64,000 nt of DNA from a virus (taxonomy: Duplodnaviria > Caudoviricetes). A model generated the notes under the pieces. It worked only from the letters and a program-made list of their open reading frames with translations, had not been told where the DNA came from and made no database searches. The stretch spans positions 1 to 64,000 of IMG/VR virus record IMGVR_UViG_3300001199_000006; one strand, written 5' to 3'. The position numbers and the translations under genes are program-made. Below, piece by piece: positions 35,594-45,297 of the stretch; within the stretch, counting starts at the first letter, position 1; each line of letters opens with the position of its first letter.

Positions 35594-35947
35594 TCAGAGC
35601 GCGTAGACGCCGGGGCGGTCCTGGACCTCGATCGTACCGGTGCGCACGACCGTCTCTCCGGCCAGGTACACGGCGATCGACGCGCTCCAGGTGCCGATGA
35701 ACGCCGTCACGGCCGCATCGACGAGCACGACGACGATGCCCTTGGTCCAATCTGCGCCCGGCGTGAGCGGGCTGGCGGGAAGCGGCGGGACGTTGACGCC
35801 GTTCGGGTTACGCAGCTCCAGGAGGATCTGACTCGCGCCCGCCACGTTGATCGGGCTCTTGTCGAGGAACCGACGGAACTCCCAGGTGTGGTACTCGGCC
35901 GCGTTGTAGTGCGTGACGTACGCGAAGCTCTGGCTCACGAAGCTCAC
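35594..35947 (-). CDS. Putative virion accessory protein (BppU-like beta sandwich)
   Basis: DKSPINVAGASQILLELRNP...DWTKGIVVV...GTWSASI...TGTIEVQ. Confidence 0.5.
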   Translation of the reverse strand: MSFVSQSFAYVTHYNAAEYHTWEFRRFLDKSPINVAGASQILLELRNPNGVNVPPLPASPLTPGADWTKGIVVVLVDAAVTAFIGTWSASIAVYLAGETVVRTGTIEVQDRPGVYAL

Positions 35948-38322
35948 AGGATGACTCCTGAAATGGAAGTGGTGGCGGGCGCGGCCTGCACGGCCACCAC
36001 GGTAGCGATCTGCTTGGTCGGCCACTCGTCGAAGAAGAGCGTCGAGGGCGCGCGCCCCGCGAACGGCACGACGATCTCGAAAGCGCGGGCAACGGCGGTC
36101 TGCGCCTGCACCGCGACGATGGTCTGAATCACGCGCTGGCCGACGATGCCGGTCGTCGCGGTCGAGGCTTGGGCCGCGACGTTCCCGGTCTTGACCTCGG
36201 CCCCCGTGATCCCGTTCACCACGGCCTGCGCGGTCGTGGCCTGGGCCGTGACGCCGACCTGGAAGACCTTCTGACCCACGATCGCCGCCGTCGAGGTCGG
36301 GGCCTGCACGGCGGGCGCGGCGACGTGGACGACTTGCCCCTGGACCGACGCCGTAGCCGTCGTGGCCTGGGCCGCGACGCTGCCCGAGACCTGGCTGACG
36401 TCGCCGGTGATGACCGTGGTCGCGGCCCCGGCCGTGACGACGAGGGTGGTCTGCCGGACGAGGTCGGCGTCGAACAGGGCCAAGGCGGCCCCTGCGCTCG
36501 CCACCACGCTCGTTTGGCGCACCAGATCGACGTCGAGGACCCCGGTCGCGGCCCCAGCGCTCAGCGCGAGGCTGGCTTGGCGTACGGGCCGCCCCGTCAC
36601 GGCGGCCGTGGCCGTCGTGGCCTGGACTGCCACCGTGGCATAGACCCGGATGACGGTGCCGGAGATCGAGGCCGTGGCCGTCGCGGCCTGGACCGCGACC
36701 GAGGTCTGGCGGATGACGTCGGTGTCGAACGCGGTCGTAGCTGCGGCGGCCGTGACCGCGACCGAGACCTGGTGAACCTTCTGGGCCGAGAAGACCGTGG
36801 TCGCGGTCGAAGCCGTGACCGTGACCGACGTCTGGTGAACGAGGAGGCCCGAGATCGCGGTGGTCGCGGTGTTGGCCTGGGCCGTGACGGAGCCCGCGAT
36901 CTCCCCGGCGATCTCACCCGAGATCGACGTCGTCGCGGTGTCGGCCTGGGCCGTGACCGAGGTCTGGCGGATGACGTCGGTGTCGAAGACCACGGTGGCC
37001 GCGCCAGCGCTGACCGTGACGGTCGTCTGCCGCACGACGTCGGCGTCGAACACGACGGTCGCGGTAGCAGCCGTGACCGTGACCGAGACCTGGTGGATCT
37101 TCTGGGCCGAGAAGACCGTGGTCGCGGTCGAGGCTTGGGCCGCGACCGAGGTCTGCGTGATCTTGTCCGCGTCGAAGACCGTCGTGGCGGCACCGGCCGT
37201 GACCGTGACCGTGGTTTGCCGAATGACGTCGGTGTCGAAGACGACCGAAGCAGCACCGGCCGTGACGGCGACCGAAGTCTGGCGGACGATGTCGGTGTCG
37301 ATCGCGACCGTGGCCGTCGCGGCTTGCACCGCGAGGTCCGTGTGCATGCGCTTCTGCGCAGCGATCGCCGTCGTCGCGGTGTCGGCTTGAGCCGTGACCG
37401 ACGTCTGCGTGATCTTGTCCGCGTCGAACACGACGGTCGCGGTAGCAGCCGTGACCGTGACCGTGGTCTCGACGACGTTGCCAACCGTGCCGGAGATCGC
37501 CGTGGTCGCGGTCTCGGCCGTGACCGTGGTGGTGGTCTGCCGGATGACGTCGGTGTCGAACGCGGCCGTAGCTGCGCCCGCGCTGACCGCGACGGCCGCC
37601 TGACGCACGACGTCGGTGTCGATCGCGACCGTGGCCGCGCCTGCGCTGACCGTGACCGAGGTCTGGCGGACGACGTCGGCGTCGAGTGCGACGGTCGCGG
37701 TCGAGACCGTGACGGCGACGGAGGTTTGGCGAATGACGTCGGCGTCGAACGTCGTCGTCGCTGCGCCCGCGCTGACCGCGACGGAGGTCTGGCGGACGAG
37801 CTGTCCTGCAATCGCGGTGGTCGCTGCGCCCGCGCTGACCGCGACGGAGGTCTGATGGGCAAGTTGACCCGCGATCGCCGTCGTAGCCGTCGTTGCCGTA
37901 ACCGCGACGCTGGCTTGATGGACAAGTTTACCCGCGATCGCCGTGGTCGCGGTCGGGGCCGTGACTGCGACCGAAGTCTGCCGAACGATGTCGGCGTCGA
38001 TCGCGACGGTCGCGGCTCCAGCGCTGACCGTGACCGAGGTCTGGCGAACGAGATCCGCGTCCGTCGTGACCGTGGCCGTCGAGGCCGTGACGGCGACGGA
38101 GGTCTGCCGGATTACGTCGGTATCGAAGACGACCGAGGCCGCGCCTGCACTGACGGCGACCGAGGTCTGCCGAATGACGTCGGTGTCGAACGCGACGGTC
38201 GCGGTGTTGGCCGTGACGGCGACCGTCCCCGTGACAATGCGCTGCGCCCCGCCCGGGGGCCCGATGCGGAACGGGTGAGCCTGGAGCGGGTACGAGTAAC
38301 GGCGATAGACGCCGTAGCTCAC
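35944..38322 (-). CDS. 792-aa protein built of ~34 tandem 21-aa Thr/Val/Ala-rich repeats
   Basis: Consensus RQTSVAVTAGAATVVFDADVI, counted directly in the translation. Confidence 0.9.
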   Translation of the reverse strand: MSYGVYRRYSYPLQAHPFRIGPPGGAQRIVTGTVAVTANTATVAFDTDVIRQTSVAVSAGAASVVFDTDVIRQTSVAVTASTATVTTDADLVRQTSVTVSAGAATVAIDADIVRQTSVAVTAPTATTAIAGKLVHQASVAVTATTATTAIAGQLAHQTSVAVSAGAATTAIAGQLVRQTSVAVSAGAATTTFDADVIRQTSVAVTVSTATVALDADVVRQTSVTVSAGAATVAIDTDVVRQAAVAVSAGAATAAFDTDVIRQTTTTVTAETATTAISGTVGNVVETTVTVTAATATVVFDADKITQTSVTAQADTATTAIAAQKRMHTDLAVQAATATVAIDTDIVRQTSVAVTAGAASVVFDTDVIRQTTVTVTAGAATTVFDADKITQTSVAAQASTATTVFSAQKIHQVSVTVTAATATVVFDADVVRQTTVTVSAGAATVVFDTDVIRQTSVTAQADTATTSISGEIAGEIAGSVTAQANTATTAISGLLVHQTSVTVTASTATTVFSAQKVHQVSVAVTAAAATTAFDTDVIRQTSVAVQAATATASISGTVIRVYATVAVQATTATAAVTGRPVRQASLALSAGAATGVLDVDLVRQTSVVASAGAALALFDADLVRQTTLVVTAGAATTVITGDVSQVSGSVAAQATTATASVQGQVVHVAAPAVQAPTSTAAIVGQKVFQVGVTAQATTAQAVVNGITGAEVKTGNVAAQASTATTGIVGQRVIQTIVAVQAQTAVARAFEIVVPFAGRAPSTLFFDEWPTKQIATVVAVQAAPATTSISGVIL

Positions 38323-38325
38323 TCG

Positions 38326-38793
38326 TTACCCCCCGATCTCCGCGAAGGTGATCCACCCCGACATCTGGAGTGAGTCGGGCGTCGGAGCCGTCGGGAGCGT
38401 GATGGCGAAGACGCCGCTCGGGCTGATGACCCAGCGCGTCTCAGGAACCGGGATGTGGAAGATCGGAGCCTGGATGTTCCAGTTGCGGCTCATCAGCAGC
38501 GTGGCCGTGCCGCCGAGCGAGGTGTTGTTCCGCACCACGGTCGAACCCGCCGTCGGGAACCCGACCTCGTGGGGGCGCGACGTCAGCGTGGTGCCGCCCG
38601 AGCCTGCCGTCGCGTACCGGTTGATCGTGATGCGCAGACCCTCAGCCTGTGCGTCACCGTAGTCGCCTTGCTGTGACAGCTCACCTTCCAGGATCACGAC
38701 GGCCGCGTCCGAAGGCGCGGTGATCGTGAGCAGGTCTTGCAGCGCGCTGACCGTGATGTTGTCGAAGGTGGCGGTGTATTTGAGTCCGAGCAT
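38326..38793 (-). CDS. Putative virion structural protein
   Basis: Beta-rich 155 aa in the tail module; SD present. Confidence 0.6.
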   Translation of the reverse strand: MLGLKYTATFDNITVSALQDLLTITAPSDAAVVILEGELSQQGDYGDAQAEGLRITINRYATAGSGGTTLTSRPHEVGFPTAGSTVVRNNTSLGGTATLLMSRNWNIQAPIFHIPVPETRWVISPSGVFAITLPTAPTPDSLQMSGWITFAEIGG

Positions 38794-38799
38794 GGGAGG

Positions 38800-40122
38800 T
38801 CACATCCGTAGGCGTTGCGAGAACTGGTGCTGACGCGAGCGCTCGCCCAGAACGGCGTACGGCGCGAACTGGTCCACGCCGAGGACGTGGAACAAGGCGA
38901 TGAAGTCCGAAGCTCCGGCGTCGTCGATGTTGATCGTGAATCCCGAAGGATCGTCGAACGACGTGAAGGATGCGCGCCAGATGTCGGTTCCGTCGTCTTC
39001 GACGATGTGAATCAGCGTGGAGTTGGCGACGGAGCGTGTGTCCGAGGTGGCGACACCGTCCTCGCTCTGGATGCCTGCGCACACGTCGTCCGACGATGAT
39101 GAAGCAAACCCAACGCTGACGTGGTTTGCAGGACCAGCAGAGGTCGGAGAGTTCACCGCCGTCTGACTCCACCCTACCGCCGTGATGGCCTTGCCCTTGA
39201 TGGGACACGCCGTTACCTGATGCGAGCCTGTCGTGTCGGAGTTCACCGTCGCGACGCCGACCCACTGCGGATTGCTGCTCAGGCGTAGCAGCAAGATGGA
39301 TCCGGCCAACTGGTCCGTACCGCCCTGCGTGGTCAAATCGACACCATCCGTGCGCCACGCCGTCACTGCCAAGCGCGCGCCCGAAGTCAACGCGCCGTTG
39401 GCGGCCGAGGTCACGAGCTGCGTCAGCGCGTCGTTGCGCATCACGCACGCAGCAGACGTGTTCAACGTGGGGTTGTTGCGGTCAAAGACGGTGAAGCCAC
39501 CTTGCAAGATCGAGCCGTCCGGCGCTTTGCACGCCAGGCCGAAGTTCAGGCGCGCGTTCACGCCGGAGAAGTCGGCTTGCTGAGCCGTGGTGTTCGCGCC
39601 CAACCACAGCCCGAAGTTCGGAGGGAACGGACACGTCGTCACGCTGACCGTGCCGCCGTCCGAGGCCGACCCCGTCACGTCGGCGATGAACGCCTCGACG
39701 TCGTCGCCGTAGTAGTACGTCACGGTCAGGACGTACGTGGCGTCGGGCAAGTCGTCCCAGAGGATCTCCATCCCTCCGTTCACCCACTGGTCCCACCGCG
39801 CTTCCGCGTTCAACGTCTGGGACGCAGCATCGCAGAACTGGATCAGCGTCGCGTTGTCCACGCGGACCCCGCTGTTCGGCGACGCGTCGTTGTCCGCGAT
39901 CGTGATGGCCCAGGCGCGCATGCGCGTCCCGTCGCAGAACCCCATCCCGATCCGCGCGCCGTCAGCGGGCGTACCACTCACCGACGTGGCCGCACAGATT
40001 TCCACGAACACGGCCTTCGGCTGCTCCGTACCGAGCGCGCCGATCGTGATCGACTGACGCACCGGCAGCGTCCCGGAGGTCGGGGCGGTGACTTGCGTGG
40101 AACGGTAGTCGGCCTTGACCAT
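38800..40122 (-). CDS. Putative virion structural protein
   Basis: Beta-rich 440 aa with two similar halves. Confidence 0.6.
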   Translation of the reverse strand: MVKADYRSTQVTAPTSGTLPVRQSITIGALGTEQPKAVFVEICAATSVSGTPADGARIGMGFCDGTRMRAWAITIADNDASPNSGVRVDNATLIQFCDAASQTLNAEARWDQWVNGGMEILWDDLPDATYVLTVTYYYGDDVEAFIADVTGSASDGGTVSVTTCPFPPNFGLWLGANTTAQQADFSGVNARLNFGLACKAPDGSILQGGFTVFDRNNPTLNTSAACVMRNDALTQLVTSAANGALTSGARLAVTAWRTDGVDLTTQGGTDQLAGSILLLRLSSNPQWVGVATVNSDTTGSHQVTACPIKGKAITAVGWSQTAVNSPTSAGPANHVSVGFASSSSDDVCAGIQSEDGVATSDTRSVANSTLIHIVEDDGTDIWRASFTSFDDPSGFTINIDDAGASDFIALFHVLGVDQFAPYAVLGERSRQHQFSQRLRM

Positions 40123-40183
40123 GAAGCTGCCCTCGTCCCCTGCCCGGCGACGCCGCCTCGCCTACCGGGCACTGGTCCGGGGA

Positions 40184-40576
40184 TCAGGCCGACGCCGAGT
40201 AGGTGAAGGAGTTGATGCGGACGGCGTCGCCCGAGTTGATCGTGGTCGAGGACAGGTTCATGTCCGCGCCCGAGGTGCTGACCGTGCCACGGAACACCTC
40301 GTTGTTGTCACGGTCGCGGCAACGGAACGACGCTGCCGTACCGCCACCGGCCGCGTTCGAGTCCTCGCGCGGCGCGCTGTTCATCGTGGCCGTGCCACCC
40401 GACGCCGTGCCGAAGGCAGGAGGCGTCGCGAACAGGATCGTCGCGAGGATCGTGGTGAAGGCGGTGGACGTGGCGATCTGGAGGTCGCCAGAGGCGTCGG
40501 TCGTACCGGCGTCGATCGCATCGACGACGAGGTCGGCAAGGGAGTTCCGGATCGCGGTGACGTGCGTGAGGGCCAT
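40184..40576 (-). CDS. Small virion structural protein
   Basis: MALTHVTAIRNSLAD...GTAASFR...RGTVSTSGADMNLSSTTI, a common phage minor structural pattern. Confidence 0.65.
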   Translation of the reverse strand: MALTHVTAIRNSLADLVVDAIDAGTTDASGDLQIATSTAFTTILATILFATPPAFGTASGGTATMNSAPREDSNAAGGGTAASFRCRDRDNNEVFRGTVSTSGADMNLSSTTINSGDAVRINSFTYSASA

Positions 40577-40673
40577 TAGGTAGCTCCTAGTGAGGACGAA
40601 TAACCAGGGCCGTATGGTGACAGGCCGGGGCGGGGTTGTCTACACCCTCGAAAGTGGCGCGCGCGAGCCGGTT

Positions 40674-40686
40674 TGACACCGTGTCA
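40674..40686. repeat. Palindrome TGACAC-C-GTGTCA, copy 6
   Basis: Intergenic, 8 bp beyond the stop at 40695. Confidence 0.85.
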
Positions 40687-40694
40687 CGCAGGCT

Positions 40695-42767
40695 TCACCA
40701 GGTCACGCCGAGGACCGGCCACCACTGGTCGAAGTCGCGAGACGCGCGACTCCGCAGGGCGCTGAGCGCGGCTTGCGTGGTCGAAACACCGGCGTACCGC
40801 GCCAGCAGATCGGAGGTGTCCGTGCCGCGCTGGCGTGTGATTCCAAGGTAGTAGCCGACGTGCCAGGCTTCGTTGTATGGTCCGAACCCTTGAGCGTCCG
40901 GGCTCGAAGCCATCGCTTGCCGAAGCGCTTCCGGCCACTCCTCGCGCGTCACGTACCGCATCGGCGAGCCGACAGCGCTGCGCGCGGAATGCGACCACGG
41001 ACCCGAGTAGGCCCAGCCAAGCCGACGCATGCCGTCAACGTGGCGCGCGATCATCCCGGCAATGCGGTCGTCACCCAGAGCGCGCGCAATGTCGTGCAAC
41101 GCCGCCACGATGTAAATCTCCTCGTTCCCGGCCCCGATCTGGTAATCCGGGACGCCGTCCCCGCCGTCGAACGGCCAGCTCTTCGCTTCTTTGGCGTTGG
41201 GGTTCACCTGGAACAGGCCCGAGGCCATCTGTGCAGCGGCGAGGTGATCGACCTGGGCACGCAGCCACGGCTCGTAGTGCTGACGCAGCCCTGGGCTCCA
41301 GATGTACGCGCGCGACACGAGCATGCACGCCCACGCGTCCGCGCGCCCGAACGCCGTGCCTCCGCCTGGAAGCACGACATTCGCGCGATTGGCTTGGCCT
41401 GGCCCCTGCCAGAACGTCATCACGGCCTTCGCTGCCTCCATGCGCAAGTAGTGCAGCGCGAGCGGGTCACCGGTCATCTCGACCAACAACGCGTTGTGAT
41501 TCCACTCGCGCACGGCATGCTGGCAGTCGATCGGGTCGTACCGCTCCGGGTTGTACGCACCGCTCAAGCGCGCAGGCCAGGGCCCGAACGGACCATCCAG
41601 GACCGTAGACCCTTGCGTCGCCCACACCGAGTTGAACATGCGCCACTCCGCCGCGCCGTTGTTCAAGTGCTGCCACCAACGCACGGGCGCACCGTCCGCT
41701 TCGTACAGGCAGCCTCGATGGCGCGAACGGTATCGAAGCTGCTCGATAACGTAGCGCTCGAACCCGACGGCACTCGCGCCGACCAGCCAGCGAACGCCCG
41801 GATACGGTGTCATGTCGATGCCGCCGGTCACACCTCCGTACTCGGAGTTGATTGCAGGCCAGAGCGGCGAAACCGGTGAACCTCCGGTGATCTCGGAACT
41901 CGGCACGTTGCGGCGTAGTTCGTCGCGCCACGCCTGCACGTCACTGATTGACACACTCACACCGCTCGGGACTTGGAACTCGTACAGCGAGTCCGTCACG
42001 CCGAAGTAGGGCGGCGTGTACGCCCGGCCAGGCGGCACGACCGAGAAACGGAACGAGCGCTCATGGCGTTGCGGGATGATGTGCTGCCCCGTTGCCATCG
42101 GCTTGACGAGGTAGCCGTCTCCGGTGGCAGGGTCGGGCAAGAACGGAATCCACTGAGCGTTACCCGCCACGACGATGCGCGCGTTGTTGAACAGCACGTC
42201 GCCCTGACGGTCAGCCCCCGCGTGCCAGTTCAGGATGAAGTCGAGCTGGAAAGCTCCGGCGCGGGCGCTGCGCCAGACCTGCGCGTCACCGTAGGGCCCG
42301 AGATCCAAATTGCGGAAGCCTTGCGCGTACAAGCGTCCCGCGCGAGCCTCCGTAACCGGACCGGTCAACGAAAAGCGCTGTCCGTCGATCTCCAGATAGA
42401 CGCCGTCCTCGCGCATCGACCAGTCGATCACGGCTTTCGGGATGGCGGCGGTGAACGCCGGACCGGCTGCTTTCCGCACGTCCAAGAGCCCCGGGGCACC
42501 GGGCTGCACCCACGACGCCACTTGGTAGTAGGTACGGGCGACCGAGCGCCCAAGGAGGAACGACTCGGTCGGCAAGTCACCGAGGGTCACGGGGCCCTGG
42601 TAGTCGCCCGGCACGCTCACCACTGCTTGCAGCACGTACGACGTGGTCGGGCGCGGGTTGGGCAGGCGCACACCCGGAGTTGCGGCGGTCTGCTGCGCGG
42701 CGGGACGGGAGACCGCACCGAAGACGACCAAAGCCAGTGACAGAAGGAAGCGAGAAAACAGCGACAT
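40695..42767 (-). CDS. Exported ~690-aa protein, beta-rich N-terminus and probable alpha/alpha-toroid C-terminus (possible polysaccharide lyase/hydrolase)
   Basis: SD GGAGG; signal peptide MSLFSRFLLSLALVVFGAVSRPAAQQ; Trp/Tyr-rich helices (GRADAWACMLVSRAYIW, QAASGLF, EEIYIVAAL). Confidence 0.55.
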   Translation of the reverse strand: MSLFSRFLLSLALVVFGAVSRPAAQQTAATPGVRLPNPRPTTSYVLQAVVSVPGDYQGPVTLGDLPTESFLLGRSVARTYYQVASWVQPGAPGLLDVRKAAGPAFTAAIPKAVIDWSMREDGVYLEIDGQRFSLTGPVTEARAGRLYAQGFRNLDLGPYGDAQVWRSARAGAFQLDFILNWHAGADRQGDVLFNNARIVVAGNAQWIPFLPDPATGDGYLVKPMATGQHIIPQRHERSFRFSVVPPGRAYTPPYFGVTDSLYEFQVPSGVSVSISDVQAWRDELRRNVPSSEITGGSPVSPLWPAINSEYGGVTGGIDMTPYPGVRWLVGASAVGFERYVIEQLRYRSRHRGCLYEADGAPVRWWQHLNNGAAEWRMFNSVWATQGSTVLDGPFGPWPARLSGAYNPERYDPIDCQHAVREWNHNALLVEMTGDPLALHYLRMEAAKAVMTFWQGPGQANRANVVLPGGGTAFGRADAWACMLVSRAYIWSPGLRQHYEPWLRAQVDHLAAAQMASGLFQVNPNAKEAKSWPFDGGDGVPDYQIGAGNEEIYIVAALHDIARALGDDRIAGMIARHVDGMRRLGWAYSGPWSHSARSAVGSPMRYVTREEWPEALRQAMASSPDAQGFGPYNEAWHVGYYLGITRQRGTDTSDLLARYAGVSTTQAALSALRSRASRDFDQWWPVLGVTW

Positions 42768-42835
42768 GGGGCCTCCGGTGAAAGGGGGACGATCTGGAAA
42801 GACTGCCGCGCGCATCCCTCCGCGTCTACAACCTC

Positions 42836-44050
42836 TCAGTGGCGGATGATGAAGTTCAGGGTGATGGACGGCTGCACGTTGTTGTGCGCCTGATCGCTGC
42901 CCTGGCTTCCGGTCGTGTCCGCGTCTTCGGCGTTGACGTTGTTGTTGTCCGTGCCGTCCGCGCCGCCCACTAGCGCGCCGCCCGTTCCTGACGTGAACAG
43001 ATGGTCATCGTAGCTGTGGGTGTGTCCGGGAATCTCCGGGACGGTCAGAACGTGGCGGTCGATGCCGAACGCGCCGCCGAGGGCCGCCGCATCAGGATGC
43101 GTCAGGCGTCCCGCCGTCGCGCCACCGCCCATCTTGTCCCGACCAACCGGCGTACGTCCGCGCAAGTCCGGGAGCTTGAACACCGACGCGGACGAAGGCG
43201 AGCCGTACGCGATTCCGACGATGTTGAACAGGTTTTGGTACACGAATCGACTGACTTCGCGACCGTCACAGAGCAGGAAGTTGGTCGGTACAGCGTTCTC
43301 AGCTCCGGCCCAAGGCAGCACGGTGCCGACCGGGACGTCTTGCCCGATGAACAGTGAGACCTGGTCGTCGAGGTAGTTCTTGTTGACCAGATCCCCCGAA
43401 GTCGTCGGGTCACCTAGGTTCGACGGGACAAAGCCCGGATCCGTTACGACCGGGCCGTCAAAGCTCAAGTCGAAGTTCATCGCGAGCACACCGCTGCGAG
43501 GAAGGAAATCGGACTGGAGCGTGGCGATCGCGGTATCGACCGTGTCCTTGCGCATCATGTGCGCGGCCAGCGTGGCCGCGCCCACGTTCGTGACGCGGAA
43601 GTTGTCCATATCCAGCTCGTCACCGAGCGTGGCCGTCCCGTCGAGCTTCACCACACGCGTGTCGAGGATCTGTTCCAGATCATCCTCACCCTCAAACTGC
43701 ACCGCCTGGTACTGCTCGAACGTGATGGCGTCGCGCGTGGCGGTAGCTGCGCCGATCTTCACGATCTTGAACCCGCCCATGTCGAAGTCGTTGCGCATCC
43801 ACACGCCCGGCTGCGCGGTCGATCCGACCGTACCGTCGCGATCCAGGAAGAAATCCCGGATGCGGTTGGTCATGTCGATGATCTGGTTCAGCAGGAGCCG
43901 CATGGTCTCGGTGCGGTCCGAGAGCGCGGTCGGCTGCTGGTTCTCCGCCGTCGGACCGACGCGCGTCAACGGGCCGACCTCGCTGCGCGCAGGCCAGCTC
44001 TCCCCGGACGCGGGGATCGGATCGAGCGGGATGGTCGGCCACTGCGCCAT
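42836..44050 (-). CDS. Tail fibre with phage tail-collar domain (paralog 2)
   Basis: VPVGTVLPWAG...FLLCDGREVSR..Y..LF..VG..YG...FKLPDLRGRTPVG; HNNVQP. Confidence 0.88.
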   Translation of the reverse strand: MAQWPTIPLDPIPASGESWPARSEVGPLTRVGPTAENQQPTALSDRTETMRLLLNQIIDMTNRIRDFFLDRDGTVGSTAQPGVWMRNDFDMGGFKIVKIGAATATRDAITFEQYQAVQFEGEDDLEQILDTRVVKLDGTATLGDELDMDNFRVTNVGAATLAAHMMRKDTVDTAIATLQSDFLPRSGVLAMNFDLSFDGPVVTDPGFVPSNLGDPTTSGDLVNKNYLDDQVSLFIGQDVPVGTVLPWAGAENAVPTNFLLCDGREVSRFVYQNLFNIVGIAYGSPSSASVFKLPDLRGRTPVGRDKMGGGATAGRLTHPDAAALGGAFGIDRHVLTVPEIPGHTHSYDDHLFTSGTGGALVGGADGTDNNNVNAEDADTTGSQGSDQAHNNVQPSITLNFIIRH

Positions 44051-45294
44051 CAGATTTTTATCATCATGTTGAAGGTCATCGACGGCTGCACGTTGTTGTG
44101 CGGCAGCCCGCTGCCCGCGCTACCAGTTGTGCGCCCGGCTTCGTTCGTGAACTGGCTCGTGTTGTTCGTGTTCGCAGGGCCGAGATCCGCGCCGCCGGTC
44201 CCGTTCTGCACGTACTTGTCGTTGAACGTGTGGGTGTGCGCGGGTAGCTCCGTGACCGTGAGCAGGTGAGTCTCCGCGCCGTACGCGCCGCCCAGGGTGT
44301 CGGCGAGCGGGTCGGTGAGGCGGTTCGCACTCGTGCCGCCCATGTTGTCCTTGCCCACGATCGCACGGCCGCGCAGGTCTGGCACGTTGAAGGTCGTGGT
44401 GCCGTTGCCCACGCCGTAGGTCGTGCCGATCGCCGCGAACAACGCGGAGAACGTCGTGCGCGAAACCGCCTGCCCGTTGCACAACAGCCACCCCGCCGGG
44501 AGGCTGATCTCGTCTCCAGCGAACGCCGCGACGGAGCCGGACGGCGTGACCGCGATCGCTGCCAGCACGGTGAGCAAGTACCCGCGCGAGATACCGTCGC
44601 CGTCTTGGGTCGGCGCGGCCAGGTTCAGATTCGTGATCTTGAACCCGCCCATGTTGAGGTTGGCGAGCATCGCCAAGCTGCCGTCCCGCTTCACGTAGTT
44701 GGCCGTGACGTTCGTGAAGGCGGCGTCGTGGTACTGCTTGGTCACACCGTCCGAGACGTTGATCGGATCGGCCATGAACTCGACGCGGTTGCCGCCCATG
44801 TTGAGCGGCGCGAGCATCTGGTTCGTCCCGTCCGTGAACAGGCAGCCGAGCAGGTCGGCTTCGAGTCCATTTAGGAACGTCTGGAGCGTGTCGAGCTGCT
44901 GCTTGTTGACCGCGTCGGCCGGGTTCGTCCCGTTGGCCAGGTTGACGATCTTGTGGAACACGGGCGCGGCCGGGTTGTCACCCATGTCCAGGTTGCCGCG
45001 CATGTAGCTGGGGCTTGGGAGCCCGTCCACCTGTGCAGCCGCGCCGTCTCGGTGCAAGAAGTTGTCGTTCAGCGCGTTCAGCACCGTGATGAGCTTGTTC
45101 ATCGCGGTGCGCAGCGTCTCGGTGCGGACGTCGAGCGCACGCGGTTGCCGGTTCGCGGCCTCGGGCCCGACGGAGTCAGCCGACGGCGGACCCTGGACCG
45201 TCTCCAGAGCCGGGTAGATGTTCTCGGTGTCCGTGAGATCCGTACTCTCCGGATCCGGGATGCCGTCAATCGGGATTTCCGGTACCTCTGCCAT
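44050..45294 (-). CDS. Tail fibre with phage tail-collar domain (paralog 1)
   Basis: PSGSVAAFAG...GWLLCNGQAVSRTTFSALFAAIGTTYG.GNGTTTFNVPDLRGR; HNNVQP. Confidence 0.88.
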   Translation of the reverse strand: MAEVPEIPIDGIPDPESTDLTDTENIYPALETVQGPPSADSVGPEAANRQPRALDVRTETLRTAMNKLITVLNALNDNFLHRDGAAAQVDGLPSPSYMRGNLDMGDNPAAPVFHKIVNLANGTNPADAVNKQQLDTLQTFLNGLEADLLGCLFTDGTNQMLAPLNMGGNRVEFMADPINVSDGVTKQYHDAAFTNVTANYVKRDGSLAMLANLNMGGFKITNLNLAAPTQDGDGISRGYLLTVLAAIAVTPSGSVAAFAGDEISLPAGWLLCNGQAVSRTTFSALFAAIGTTYGVGNGTTTFNVPDLRGRAIVGKDNMGGTSANRLTDPLADTLGGAYGAETHLLTVTELPAHTHTFNDKYVQNGTGGADLGPANTNNTSQFTNEAGRTTGSAGSGLPHNNVQPSMTFNMMIKI

Positions 45295-45297
45295 GTC

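Noticed and set aside
35944-38322. Possible CRISPR array or DGR template/variable repeats
   Set aside because: The repeats are in-frame 63-nt coding units diverged at synonymous sites, with no unique spacers, no cas genes, no reverse transcriptase and no adenine-specific mismatch pattern.
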